From: a virus
IMG/VR virus record: IMGVR_UViG_3300007643_000211
Span: 3,099-67,098 of that record
Direction: 5' to 3' (one strand)
DNA: 64,000 nucleotides
In this document: piece by piece, positions 39,052 through 47,218 of the stretch
Layout of the letters: each line of letters opens with the position of its first letter
Position numbering within the stretch: the first letter of the stretch is position 1
The notes under the pieces: generated by a model
Seen by the model: only the letters and a program-made list of their open reading frames with translations
Told to the model about the DNA's origin: nothing
Database searches by the model: none
Translations under genes and position numbers: made by a program

Positions 39052-39290
39052 TATCGCAGTACCTCATACACTTTGACGCGGGGTTTGAAACGGCGTTGGC
39101 GGGCGGGATCGTTCCACCAGTCCCAGAACTGTTCTGCCACAAAATCACAGATCAGGTCGCACGCTTCGTCTGGCGATTCGAGTTCCTCCGTCCCTTCCGG
39201 ACAGGTGACTTTGAACGTCCGTTCGAAGGTTCTCCGTCCGTGGTAACTGGTCCGCCCGGGCGGTCCGTATTCTTGAAGTCTGACTGACAT
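39051..39290 (-). CDS. Hypothetical protein
   Basis: Coupled to helicase start. Confidence 0.45.
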   Translation of the reverse strand: MSVRLQEYGPPGRTSYHGRRTFERTFKVTCPEGTEELESPDEACDLICDFVAEQFWDWWNDPARQRRFKPRVKVYEVLR

Positions 39291-39712
39291 GCAAATGGCT
39301 CTTGGTTTCGCGGTTTAATTTCCACTACGGCGCGGGCGTCTCCATCCGGCTCATGCATTTCGACAACTGCCCGTTTCACCTGACTGTCGTCGTGGTAAAC
39401 GCCAGCATGTTGGAGCGCATCCCATATGCCTTTTTGAAAGTTGTCCCAGTCGCGACGGCGGCGATCAGGCGGATAGAGATCGAGTTGAACTTGGAGTGGA
39501 CCAGAAAGAGACTGGCCGACCCGCCCCGTGAGGAGAGTGCAGACGCTTTCGCGATACAATCTCCCCTCACGGCTCAGGAGCGTGCGATAGCCAACATGCC
39601 GGTAATACCGGTTAACGCTCGGCGGGAACGGCAGCACAAATCGAAGCACGGCTACCGCCTCTGTCGCACTGTGCGGTAAGGACATAGAGATGTCCCCAGT
39701 CGACAGCGTCAC
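39152..39712 (-). CDS. rusA: RusA-like Holliday junction resolvase
   Basis: PFPPSVN.YYR, PPDRRRRDWDN..K..WDAL...DDSQV. Confidence 0.88.
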   Translation of the reverse strand: MTLSTGDISMSLPHSATEAVAVLRFVLPFPPSVNRYYRHVGYRTLLSREGRLYRESVCTLLTGRVGQSLSGPLQVQLDLYPPDRRRRDWDNFQKGIWDALQHAGVYHDDSQVKRAVVEMHEPDGDARAVVEIKPRNQEPFACQSDFKNTDRPGGPVTTDGEPSNGRSKSPVRKGRRNSNRQTKRAT

Positions 39713-40188
39713 GACCGCTTCCAGGGCGGCGCGGTTGAGTTGCTCGCGGACTGCGCCGGAGCAGGAGAGGATGCGGGCGTCGTCGCCACGGCATCACGCT
39801 TCTTGTAGCTCTTGATGACGTTCGTCAGTTCTTCGGTATCATCCCGCTTCCGACAGGCCACTTTTGCGATGAGCGGCAGGTCATGCAGTTCGCAAGAATC
39901 CGTCGGCTGCAGAACACCGACCGCTCGGCAAATCGCCGACAACGTCCCCTTGGCGATCTTGACCGTTGTCTCGTTGGCGTTATTCAGGTTCAGTCGGTCC
40001 CAGAGTTTTCGTCCCTGGTACGGCCCCTCGATGACCTGCAGCTCGAGTTCGAGATAGGCACCGTCACCCGCCCTTGTTGGTTTCATCTCCGACATCGTGA
40101 TGATGCAGAGATAGTCGCCGTTCGGAATGGGATCGAAGGAATCATTCGGTTCCACAGTTTCGGCATCGAAGCCACGAAGATCAGCCAT
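39709..40188 (-). CDS. DUF669 family single-stranded DNA-binding protein
   Basis: DPIPNGDY...YLELEL.VIEGPYQGRKLWDRLNL; likely start ATG 40188. Confidence 0.85.
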   Translation of the reverse strand: MADLRGFDAETVEPNDSFDPIPNGDYLCIITMSEMKPTRAGDGAYLELELQVIEGPYQGRKLWDRLNLNNANETTVKIAKGTLSAICRAVGVLQPTDSCELHDLPLIAKVACRKRDDTEELTNVIKSYKKRDAVATTPASSPAPAQSASNSTAPPWKRS

Positions 40189-40311
40189 ATAAGTCTCCCT
40201 TGTGATAGAAAAAGTGGTTGAGTCAAAAAGGTGCCAGCGGGCAGCCGGGAGTTTGCCGACCGACAACCCCTGAGCAGTCCGATGCCCGCTGGCGTCGCGA
40301 AAGATTCGGAA

Positions 40312-41073
40312 TTACGCCAAGCGTTCCGCGTAGTTCCTAAAATCGAGCGGTAATTCGTCCGGGAGCCCGAGCCGATTTTTCGCCATGTGAGCGGGACGTT
40401 CCGTGGTTCTCAGAATCCGATCACCAGCGCCGATACCACGGGTTCGCGTCTTGTCGAACCCTTCCTCGGTCTGTTTGGTGTGGACCTTGTAGGTCGCGAA
40501 CAGCACCTCGTCGCACCACTCCTGAATCAGCGCCGAGGCGTGTTTGTTCAGTCGCGGCGAATACCGGTCGTAGGCATCGGTCTCGGGATTCTCGAATCGC
40601 TCGATCTTGGCGTGGGCAATCAGGATCACCATCATTCCGCGCTCGTTTCGAAGTGCGTTCAGGCCATCCAGAACTTCCCGCCACGGTTCCAAGGCATACG
40701 TGTACCCCTTGGCGAATCCGTAATCCTCGATCGACGTGATGTCCCGACCGCGATCCGTGGTTGGTCTGCGACGGATCACTTCTTTCCAGACCAGTTGTTC
40801 CAGCCAGTCGAGACTGTCGATGACCACTGTTTGGAATTCATGGGCTTCCGTGTATAGGCCCATAATTGCCGTCAAAACATCATCGAACGTTTCCGCCAAC
40901 GGAAATCTGGCAGCATCGAGATTCCCGAGACCGTCTTCGGTTTGAATGAACACCGGCTTGTGAGCCATCGCTCCAAACGTGCTCTTCCCGATTCCCTGGA
41001 CACCATACAACATCACGCGGCGCGGAAGTGTTTGTTTCCCAGTGACAATCTGCTTCATCAGTTCCATGTGCAT
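40312..41073 (-). CDS. Sak4-like ATPase (AAA_24), ssDNA annealing protein
   Basis: YGVQGIGKST, IDSLDWLE, AKNR. Confidence 0.88.
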   Translation of the reverse strand: MHMELMKQIVTGKQTLPRRVMLYGVQGIGKSTFGAMAHKPVFIQTEDGLGNLDAARFPLAETFDDVLTAIMGLYTEAHEFQTVVIDSLDWLEQLVWKEVIRRRPTTDRGRDITSIEDYGFAKGYTYALEPWREVLDGLNALRNERGMMVILIAHAKIERFENPETDAYDRYSPRLNKHASALIQEWCDEVLFATYKVHTKQTEEGFDKTRTRGIGAGDRILRTTERPAHMAKNRLGLPDELPLDFRNYAERLA

Positions 41074-41098
41074 TCCTTATTGAAGGTTCGAGAGAGAG

Positions 41099-41683
41099 TC
41101 AGGCGTGTTCGTAGCCGGCGGCTTCGAGTGCCAGGCGGAGTTTTTGCATTCGGTCGCGAACTGTTCGACGAGAGATCCCCAGTTCGCGGGCGGCGTTCGT
41201 GATATTGCCGCTCATCAGCAATTCGCCCACTGCCTGAATCTCGGGTGGCAGCGAAGCGAGGATCTGAGCCAGATCAATCGAGCGATTGATGTGCGGCACG
41301 TGGTCTTCGTAAAGGCCGTTGGATGGGAGCGGCTGTTCTTCATCGTCGAACAACTGCTCAATCGGCTCCGTCTCCGTCGGTTCGAATTCGTGATGGCGTT
41401 GCTGTTCACGAATCTGATCCGCGACAGCGCGACCGATCGCCCAGGAGATGAATTCCTTGGCTGAGCATTCCTTCGGATTAAACTTTGGCCAGCGTTCCAG
41501 CAGACCAACGATCAGTGACTGTTCAATGTCATCGACATCGGTTTCGGTAAAGCCGAAACAACCGATCAGGCCAACGGCTTTCTTGTGAGCGTACCAGATG
41601 GCGTAACAATCGCCCTGACGATGGGAATGTCCAAATGGTGATGGCGGCATGTGTCCTCCAGAGTGAGAGGTCTGCCGCGACAC
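41099..41683 (-). CDS. Sigma-70 (ECF)-like/HTH regulator
   Basis: DVDDIEQSL...WPKFNP (region 2-like); C-terminal NITNAARELGISRRTVRDRMQKLR HTH. Confidence 0.7.
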   Translation of the reverse strand: MSRQTSHSGGHMPPSPFGHSHRQGDCYAIWYAHKKAVGLIGCFGFTETDVDDIEQSLIVGLLERWPKFNPKECSAKEFISWAIGRAVADQIREQQRHHEFEPTETEPIEQLFDDEEQPLPSNGLYEDHVPHINRSIDLAQILASLPPEIQAVGELLMSGNITNAARELGISRRTVRDRMQKLRLALEAAGYEHA

Positions 41684-41797
41684 GATTCGAAGAAATGCAC
41701 CTCAGCGTGGTGCTCGGTTGTCTTCGTGTGATTGCTCGCGGCCTACATAAAGTGAGTTGCCGCTCGCAAGTCCAAATTTCGAACTTTCCGCCAAAGT

Positions 41798-41877
41798 CAT
41801 ATTGTCATTTCCCTCGTGGCACTTTGACAATATGGCCGCAATATGGACGACATATTGTCAGGCAAAATGACAATATT
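41798..41877. promoter_or_regulatory. Two inverted-repeat operator-like sites between divergent regulators
   Basis: CATATTGTCA(41798)-N17-TGACAATATG(41825); CATATTGTCA(41851)-N7-TGACAATATT(41868). Confidence 0.7.
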
Positions 41878-41988
41878 GCCGCCATATGACTTTTTGGCAC
41901 CAATGCGTTTGCCTAGAGATCGTGTCCCTGATGTCACTGCAAACTCCCTTTCCGTGGTTGGCACGTCGCCGACCAGACAACTCGGAAA

Positions 41989-42519
41989 GTGGAGAAGCAA
42001 GAAATGGACACGACGAAGCAAGCACTGACGATCGAAGAAAAACTGGCTCTGATTCGCAGCCGAGCAGTGCGATTCAAGATCAAGCGGCACGATTTGGAGG
42101 ATGCCGTACAGGAAGTTGCACTGTACCTGTTGACATTCAAGACTGATCCGGCGAATGCCAATGGGGCGAGCGAATCGACGATTCTGACGGGCGCAATCGA
42201 CCTCCGATTAAAGCAATGGCTTCGAACCAAACAGCGGTACCAGGACATGATTGATCGTTGTGGCAACATACTTCCGGCAGATGACGAACTGATGACGGAG
42301 AGTGACATCGAAACCAGTGATGTCGGTATCGATGTCTCTACATTGTTGGCCGACCTGCCGGAGTTTCAACAGCAGGTTGGTCAGCTGCTCTCTGAAGGGG
42401 AAAACGCCACATCCATTGCAAGGGAACTCGGTGTCAAACGCCCGGTGGTCTGCGAAGCGATGGAGTTTATTCGCGAACGATTTCTCGCAGCCGGACTGGG
42501 CGATGAGGCAGCGGAATGA
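41989..42519 (+). CDS. Sigma-70 (ECF)-like/HTH regulator
   Basis: HDLEDAVQEVALYLL; LLADLPEFQQQV..LLSEG....IARELGV HTH. Confidence 0.7.
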   Translation: MEKQEMDTTKQALTIEEKLALIRSRAVRFKIKRHDLEDAVQEVALYLLTFKTDPANANGASESTILTGAIDLRLKQWLRTKQRYQDMIDRCGNILPADDELMTESDIETSDVGIDVSTLLADLPEFQQQVGQLLSEGENATSIARELGVKRPVVCEAMEFIRERFLAAGLGDEAAE

Positions 42520-42785
42520 AGCGGCCCATTGAATCATCAAGTTCCTCAGCAATGCATGGCGACATGACTGGAATGTTCTCGCCTGATGAGCAAGGACTGT
42601 GTGAGACGCCCGTACCGATACGTCGGCCACTGTCACTCGCCTGGATGTCGGATGAGTTGATCACCGAGACCCAGCGACTTTGGTCGGCCCGGTACGAGCG
42701 GGAGATCTTGGCAGAGGAAGCGGTTGAGATTCTTCAGAACGTGAAACTGTTTGCAGAGATGTTGATTGAAAGGAGCGAAACATGA
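42516..42785 (+). CDS. Small hypothetical protein upstream of recombinase (possible directionality factor)
   Basis: ATGA-coupled on both sides. Confidence 0.5.
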   Translation: MKRPIESSSSSAMHGDMTGMFSPDEQGLCETPVPIRRPLSLAWMSDELITETQRLWSARYEREILAEEAVEILQNVKLFAEMLIERSET

Positions 42786-44287
42786 ATGTGGTCATCTGGG
42801 CGCGTGTCTCTTCACGAGAACAGCGCGAAGGATATTCGATCGATGCCCAGTTGCGGGCAACACGCGATCGAGCCCTCAAGAATGGTTGGACAGTCGTTCG
42901 TGAATTCTCCGTTGCGGAATCCGCGAAACGAGGATCGGAACGGTCGGCATTCAACCAAATGGTCGATTGGGTGAAGGCGAATGCCAAGCGCGAAAACCTC
43001 CGTGCGAGCCTCAGCCATAAGCTGGACCGCGTCTGCAGAAACATGCGAGACGCCGTCCGAATGCAGGAATTGGAGGATAAACACGGTGTTTCACTGGCGT
43101 TCGTGGAGAACCAGTTTGGTCCCGGACCAGCCGGCGCGTTGTCGTTCAATGTGATGGCGGCGGTCGCGCAGTATTACAGCGACAACCTGCGGACTGAGGT
43201 GCTCAAGGGGATTGATGAACGTTCGAAGCAGGGCTGGCAACACGGCCTCGCACCATACGGTTACATCAACGTGACCGAAAATCGCGAAGAGCCAATCCAG
43301 CCGCATCCCCAAAATGCTAAAGCGGTGATGAGGCTGTTCGAATTGTATTCATCCGGCAAACACACGTTTGCATCAGCTGGAAAACAACTGGCTGAAGAAG
43401 GCTTCACGTTCCGTCCATCGCATCCGAAGTTTGGACGCACTGCAGTATCCTACATCCTCAACAACCGGTTCTACATCGGTGAGATTCGACGCGGGAAGAA
43501 TGTTTTTCAGGGTCGGCATCAACCACTGGTCGACCGTTCAACGTTTCTGACCTGTCAAGAATTACTGAAAGGGAAGAAGCGGCGAACGAAGGCTAAGGTG
43601 AATCTCCCGTTGGCGGGTGGACTGTTCATCTGCGAACACTGCGGAGCAATGATCACAGGGGAACGGATCAAGCGGAAATTGAAGGGAGGTGGCGTTCGCG
43701 TTCATGATTACTATCGTTGTGCGAATAACTATCCCGAGGATGATCATCCCAGTGTGCGTTGGCGAGCTGATGATCTAGAAGATGCAATCATCGCGGACTT
43801 GTCAAAACTGAAAATGCCCGATGAGGAAATGGTTGAGTGGTTCCGATCTTCGCTGCAATCGGCGTTTGCGGAGATCAGCGACCTTCAACGCAATCAGCGG
43901 ATTGCGCTCGCGAAACGCCAAACCGAACTGAACAACAAGAACGACCGACTCCTCAACGCGTTCCTGGCGGGATCGATCGACGAGCCAACGTTCAACGCGA
44001 AACTGGCCGCCCTGCGCGACGAGATGGCTCAGGTTGAACAATCCCTCGGAGAGGCACCGTCGCTCGACCCTGTGGACGTACGGGCCGCACTGGCGGTCTT
44101 CGAGTTTTCTCAAAAAATTCCCAAAATCTGGCGCGGTTCAAAGATGCTCGAAAAACGGCGGATCCTGGAAACGCTATCTTTGAACCGCATATTGGGCGAC
44201 GTAAGTCTAGTCATAGAAAAGAGAAAGCCGTTTGACGAACTCGCCAAACGGCCGGAAATCCAGTTGAGTCGGGATGACAGGATTTGA
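42782..44287 (+). CDS. Large serine recombinase (integrase)
   Basis: WARVSSREQ (catalytic Ser), HKLDRVCRN, APYGY, LFICEHCG..YYRC zinc ribbon, coiled coil. Confidence 0.95.
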   Translation: MNVVIWARVSSREQREGYSIDAQLRATRDRALKNGWTVVREFSVAESAKRGSERSAFNQMVDWVKANAKRENLRASLSHKLDRVCRNMRDAVRMQELEDKHGVSLAFVENQFGPGPAGALSFNVMAAVAQYYSDNLRTEVLKGIDERSKQGWQHGLAPYGYINVTENREEPIQPHPQNAKAVMRLFELYSSGKHTFASAGKQLAEEGFTFRPSHPKFGRTAVSYILNNRFYIGEIRRGKNVFQGRHQPLVDRSTFLTCQELLKGKKRRTKAKVNLPLAGGLFICEHCGAMITGERIKRKLKGGGVRVHDYYRCANNYPEDDHPSVRWRADDLEDAIIADLSKLKMPDEEMVEWFRSSLQSAFAEISDLQRNQRIALAKRQTELNNKNDRLLNAFLAGSIDEPTFNAKLAALRDEMAQVEQSLGEAPSLDPVDVRAALAVFEFSQKIPKIWRGSKMLEKRRILETLSLNRILGDVSLVIEKRKPFDELAKRPEIQLSRDDRI

Positions 44288-44342
44288 ACCTGCGACCTCT
44301 TGTCCCCCAGACAAGCGCGCTACCAGGCTGCGCTACACCCCG
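44269..44342 (-). tRNA. tRNA-Pro(GGG), no encoded CCA
   Basis: CGGGGTGTAGCGCAGCCTGGTAGCGCGCTTGTCTGGGGGACAAGAGGTCGCAGGTTCAAATCCTGTCATCCCGA; full cloverleaf, C1-G72, A73. Confidence 0.96.
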
Positions 44343-44386
44343 TGGTGCTGAAAACACTGCATTTGACCAGTGTTTCACCGGGTGGA

Positions 44387-44416
44387 ATCGTAGCGGACGG
44401 CAACCAAGATTGTCAA
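44387..44416 (-). promoter_or_regulatory. Sigma-70 promoter of tRNA-Pro
   Basis: TTGACA-N18-TACGAT on minus strand, ~45 nt upstream of tRNA. Confidence 0.75.
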
Positions 44417-44560
44417 TGAATATCGTCATTCGTTGTCAACTGTTGTCCGCATAAGGTGGCGGATAAGGTGGTAAGGATCGAACTGTTAAGGATTACTTGA
44501 TAGTTCAAAACCTCTCAATTGGCGGTGCTTTCGCACGCTCGCGAAACCAGCGTCAAGGCT

Positions 44561-44620
44561 ATTTTCAGCCTAATTCAGCGGACTTCAGCCGATTTCGGCG
44601 GAACTCAGCGGATTTCAGGG
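44561..44620 (+). repeat. Six tandem 10-bp repeats (consensus GATTTCAGCG)
   Basis: attttcagcc taattcagcg gacttcagcc gatttcggcg gaactcagcg gatttcaggg, exact 10-bp period. Confidence 0.85.
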
Positions 44621-44675
44621 TTCGCTCGAAAACCATGCCTTAGAGTCCCCTCACGCAAGTGAGGAGCGAGGACAA

Positions 44676-44879
44676 ATGGCAAAACGTGGACCAAAAAGCA
44701 TTGACGACTGTTACACGCGCAAGCAGACCGCTGAGCGATTGCAGGTCAGCTTGTCGACTATAGACAGAATGAAAAAATCTGGTGAGTTGCAGGCGTACAG
44801 AATCACCGCTGGCAACACCATTTATTTCTGGCGGAACGATGTTGAGAAGATCGCCAGCAATATAACAAGAGTCACCTAA
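44676..44879 (+). CDS. Excisionase-like HTH protein (HTH_17/MerR-like)
   Basis: YTRKQTAERLQVSLSTIDRMKKSGEL.AYRI...FWRNDVEK. Confidence 0.82.
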   Translation: MAKRGPKSIDDCYTRKQTAERLQVSLSTIDRMKKSGELQAYRITAGNTIYFWRNDVEKIASNITRVT

Positions 44880-45007
44880 CAAAATGAGTTGTTAAGGATT
44901 ACTTGACAACTGAAACGGAAGCGAAGAGAGCCGACTGTGTTAGTCGGCAATCGGTCGACGGCGTCATTACGCGTCCGCGTCGTCGACTTTTAAGACAACA
45001 AACTTAA

Positions 45008-45373
45008 TTGGTAGGAATTATGGAAATAAACTCAGATGAAGTGGTGTCAGAGGCGATTAAAGTTGGTTTTATCGAAGCGGTTAAAGAACAGTTCGGCGGG
45101 TACCACTCGCCAGTTGAACTAATGATCAAGAATGCGATAAAGAACGCTGAATCAGAAATCCAAGGCATCCTGAATGAAGCGATTAAAGATTGCCTTAGCG
45201 ACACAGTTTTCCGTGACAACTTAAAAGAATCAACCCGGTGCTGCTTAGCAAAAACTCTAGTGAAGCGGTTCGGTGGTGAATTAGAAAAGCAGATCAACGC
45301 ACTCAAGAGCGATCCAACAACGCGAGCAAGAATTGTTATGGCGATCGAAGAGATTGTCAGCGAAAAAACATAG
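45008..45373 (+). CDS. Hypothetical helical protein
   Basis: 121-aa ORF with SD. Confidence 0.6.
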   Translation: MVGIMEINSDEVVSEAIKVGFIEAVKEQFGGYHSPVELMIKNAIKNAESEIQGILNEAIKDCLSDTVFRDNLKESTRCCLAKTLVKRFGGELEKQINALKSDPTTRARIVMAIEEIVSEKT

Positions 45374-45643
45374 CGAATCTCCTACCCCTTCTGGCTGGTG
45401 AGGGGGACATCTCCGAATGGAGAAATGATGTATGGAGCGATTGATGAAATCAGCACAGGCGGACGGACGCCGGAACCCAGTTCGAAATGGGAACGAGACA
45501 GTCGGGAGAGACCGGCACTTTCGGCACAACGAATCGTGATACTGTGAGTGGCTGATTCTCCCACAGTATCGGCTCGGCTGGTTTCATAGTTCTCCAGCCG
45601 GGTTAATTAACAGCTTTTTAGTTTTTTTATTGAGGAAGCAGAA

Positions 45644-45820
45644 ATGCCGTGCATTAAATTCGCAATGATAGTCTTCATTTGGGCAACTGAATTAGCACTA
45701 ATCTGGGCGCTGTGTCTATCGGCTGCGTATCTACCCGAGGTTGCACCAGACTGGATGCTGAGGGAGTATGGAGGTCGTACCATGTTGAGTGAGTTATTGC
45801 CGCTTCCTTCGCCTCGATAA
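45644..45820 (+). CDS. Small membrane protein (58 aa, not in ORF track)
   Basis: GAGG SD; MPCIKFAMIVFIWATELALIWALCLSAAYL... hydrophobic N-half. Confidence 0.45.
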   Translation: MPCIKFAMIVFIWATELALIWALCLSAAYLPEVAPDWMLREYGGRTMLSELLPLPSPR

Positions 45821-45909
45821 TGATTTCTGATTAATGAGTTAACCATCTCGACTCGGCAGGCAACGGAGTGGTTGCCGGGGTTTAACTAACACTAACTGAG
45901 GATTGATCG

Positions 45910-46065
45910 ATGAATAAACATAAGACACTACTTGCGGAGGCATTAAAGTCTGTCCGCGAAGTGTTTTCTGACACTAGTGTGGCGACAGACCAGACCTTGG
46001 AATCTCTACGGGAGATTATCGCTGAATGTCAGATTCGCATTGCGTCAATCGAAGATTGCGATTAG
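45910..46065 (+). CDS. Small hypothetical protein (51 aa, not in ORF track)
   Basis: GAGG SD; MNKHKTLLAEALKSVREVF... Confidence 0.5.
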   Translation: MNKHKTLLAEALKSVREVFSDTSVATDQTLESLREIIAECQIRIASIEDCD

Positions 46066-46074
46066 CGGATACTG

Positions 46075-46252
46075 GGATCGGTGGCGGAATTGGTAACGCA
46101 CCACCTTGCCTATGACCCAATAATCTGGTTTCCCGATCCAGAAGGGTAGGTGCTAGCGGTCAATTCATGAATTGACTTGCGGCGTGGATTGCCACCGGAA
46201 TCACGCATAATGGGAGCGTGGGGCAATGCAGGTTCGAATCCTGCCCGATCCA
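46075..46252 (+). ncRNA. tRNA-like RNA with anticodon loop replaced by 113-nt structured insert
   Basis: Perfect acceptor GGATCGG/CCGATCC+A73, Leu-like D arm TGGCGGAATTGGTAACGC, perfect T arm GCAGG-TTCGAAT-CCTGC. Confidence 0.8.
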
Positions 46253-46278
46253 CTGGCGTGCTGTATGCCTTGTACAAA

Positions 46279-46402
46279 AAGCAGCGTAGGTCGGTAGGCT
46301 GCCTTTCCAAGAGAAGGGGGCTGATGGAGAGCAGTCTGTGTGAGATTCGCGAGTCAAGCACAGGTGTAAGTCTCGGCTGCGGTTCGAATCCCAGACGGCT
46401 TG
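46279..46402 (+). ncRNA. Second, degenerate tRNA-like element
   Basis: GGTTCGAATCC T-loop at 46381; bulged acceptor AAGC(AG)CGT/ACGGCTT; internal hairpins. Confidence 0.4.
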
Positions 46403-46444
46403 TTTACGGTCCATTTTAATAACCCCATTCGAAAGATAACCGAA

Positions 46445-46924
46445 ATGAAAATCTATCTAGCAGCGCGATACTCACGACGGGAAGAACTTTGTAAGTATCG
46501 CGAAAAATTAAGCAACCTGGGGCATGTCGTCACGAGTCGATGGCTCAACGGAGATCATCAAATCGATAATGATGGGGAGCCGATTGGGGAAAGTGGCGAG
46601 TCACTTGTCGAAGGTCACAACAGTTCAGACGGAGCTTCCGTTCTTCGAAAAAAATTCGCCAAAGAGGATGTGGAAGATGTCATTAAATCTGATTTGCTAA
46701 TCGCATTCACGGAGGTGCCGCGTTCAACGAATTCAAGGGGAGGCAGGCACGTCGAAATGGGTTTGGCAATCGGACGTCACATCTCTGTCATGATTGTCGG
46801 TCCACGGGAGAATGTTTTCTGCTGGCTGCCGTATATTTCGCAGCATGAAACATTTGATAGTGCAGTGGAAATGGTGGGGGAAATCGCGGCAAACCCACTA
46901 ACCCGAAAGGAATCACAATGCTAG
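46445..46924 (+). CDS. Nucleoside 2-deoxyribosyltransferase-like protein
   Basis: [33 protein letters not shown]. Confidence 0.8.
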   Translation: MKIYLAARYSRREELCKYREKLSNLGHVVTSRWLNGDHQIDNDGEPIGESGESLVEGHNSSDGASVLRKKFAKEDVEDVIKSDLLIAFTEVPRSTNSRGGRHVEMGLAIGRHISVMIVGPRENVFCWLPYISQHETFDSAVEMVGEIAANPLTRKESQC

Positions 46925-47106
46925 TTTTATCACGCTACAAAGACCAACAAATCATGATAGGTGACGACGTTGTCATCACCATCGTGGACATCCGAGGCGA
47001 TAAAGTGCGTCTTGGAATCGAGGCTCCGAGCGATGTGCAAGTACATCGGGCGGAGATTTACGAAGCGATTCAACGGGAAGCGAAAGGCGGTGAATCTAAT
47101 GAATAA
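46918..47106 (+). CDS. csrA: Carbon storage regulator CsrA
   Basis: MLVLSR...[34 protein letters not shown]. Confidence 0.95.
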   Translation: MLVLSRYKDQQIMIGDDVVITIVDIRGDKVRLGIEAPSDVQVHRAEIYEAIQREAKGGESNE

Positions 47107-47218
47107 GCAGCAATTAACCAATATCGCAAAAGCACTCGAATCGGTGTGCGAAGAATTAACATCTGATCGGTGTGAATCCGATGCTCGCTACTTTTAACAT
47201 TAACCAAGGAAATTCAAG

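Larger units (their letters stand above)
1..44287 (-). mobile_element. Prophage A (lambda-like head, long non-contractile tail, serine recombinase), left end outside window
   Basis: Continuous recombinase-replication-packaging-head-tail gene order; right end abuts/overlaps the tRNA-Pro 3' end; no second copy of the tRNA 3' end noticed in the window. Confidence 0.9.

Noticed and set aside
44561-44620. CRISPR array (also 57193-57229)
   Set aside because: Repeats are 10-17 bp without unique spacers, and there are no cas genes in the window
44343-44676. Integrase or repressor gene for prophage B at its left end
   Set aside because: No ORF with tyrosine/serine recombinase or XRE/S24 motifs here; presumably outside the window
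46105-46217. Group I intron in a tRNA
   Set aside because: 113 nt is well below typical group I size and I see no P7/catalytic core motifs; a protein-spliced intron remains untested
46075-46252. tmRNA
   Set aside because: It has a true D stem, lacks the G3-U70 alanine determinant, and is too short with no tag ORF
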